IMG/VR virus record: IMGVR_UViG_3300027432_000001
Location: 1-39,729 of that record
Source: a virus
Reading direction: 5' to 3' (one strand)
Length of the DNA stretch: 39,729 nucleotides
Shown here: piece after piece, positions 39,251 through 39,729 of the stretch
How positions within the stretch are numbered: the stretch's first letter is position 1
Layout: each line of letters starts with the position of its first letter
Position numbers and translations under genes: made by a program
The notes under the pieces: generated by a model
Database searches by the model: none
Told to the model about the DNA's origin: nothing
What the model saw: only the letters and a program-made list of their open reading frames with translations

Positions 39251-39729
39251 TAGTTAAAGATCCTTCCGGCAGGCTTCATGTAAAGCACTATCGCGTGAAC
39301 GTAGATTGGTTGATCAAGCGTGTCCTCTGTAAAGTCCGCTGGATTCTGGTAGAGCCGTATCGTGTGCTCCTTAGCGACTGAACCGATGTAGATGCGCTTC
39401 CACACCTTCGTCTGATTCGTACTCGGACTCATTGCGTCTGTTGGATTGAATGTAAGCTTTGTCTCTTGATAGAACCCCGCAGGTTGTCCGTTACTAGCTA
39501 CATAGAGCTGATCGTTGACGTAGAACTGCACCCGTAGCGTAGAGATCTGATTCACTGAGACAAACAAGTCCAGATACCCGAACCGGCACAATTCGCCCTC
39601 CTCGATGAATGGGTTGAAGTTCTTCGTCACCACGCTCATCAATACCGGTGTCACTTCGTCGCCTAGAGAGTTCCCGTCATTGAGATTGTACACCTTGTCG
39701 AACTGGTCCCCTGCAAGATCGATCAGCGC
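39250..39729 (-). CDS. C-terminal part of the same wrap-around 770-aa tail nozzle-like protein
   Basis: The track ORF 39250..39693 begins at a GTG equivalent to position 5 of the window. That position is in frame with the ORF starting at 1874. The TAA stop shares one base with the next ATG (TAATG at 39250). Confidence 0.6.
   Translation of the reverse strand, partial: ALIDLAGDQFDKVYNLNDGNSLGDEVTPVLMSVVTKNFNPFIEEGELCRFGYLDLFVSVNQISTLRVQFYVNDQLYVASNGQPAGFYQETKLTFNPTDAMSPSTNQTKVWKRIYIGSVAKEHTIRLYQNPADFTEDTLDQPIYVHAIVLYMKPAGRIFN
39689..39729. repeat. Terminal direct repeat, copy 2
   Basis: Exact 41-nt copy of positions 1..41. Confidence 0.95.

Overview
The window is a complete, circularly closed genome of a temperate, podovirus-like dsDNA phage, prophage or plasmid-prophage. 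The two ends share an identical 41-bp sequence, so the unique length is 39,688 bp. About 85 tightly packed genes are present, many translationally coupled through ATGA or TAATG overlaps. They fall into four modules. (i) A minus-strand packaging and virion operon: terS-like gene (20.6 kb), an AT-rich accessory island, RNA ligase, tRNA-Tyr, terL, a plus-strand wHTH initiator-like cassette, portal, seven small His/Glu/Met-rich ORFs, scaffold, HK97-type major capsid, two decoration-like paralogues, tail adaptor and nozzle-like proteins (one 770-aa ORF wraps across the window ends), internal-virion-like proteins, repeat-containing fibre proteins and three mosaic tail-fibre paralogues. (ii) A plus-strand early/lysogeny block at 20.9-24.7 kb: RHH protein, XerC/D-like tyrosine recombinase, IS30-type HTH protein, ParB/DGQHR-like protein. 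(iii) A minus-strand replication/recombination block at 24.7-28.1 kb: RusA plus a degenerate RusA paralogue, SpoVG-like protein, DnaB-C-like helicase, RHH regulator. (iv) A plus-strand PD-(D/E)XK exonuclease plus ERF annealase pair. Gene order resembles the T7 supergroup, but I see no phage RNA or DNA polymerase and no recognisable endolysin. Several real-looking ORFs shorter than 60 aa are missing from the supplied ORF track, and several track ORFs are over-extended. All product calls rest on motifs read by eye and remembered family signatures. No database search or computation was possible.
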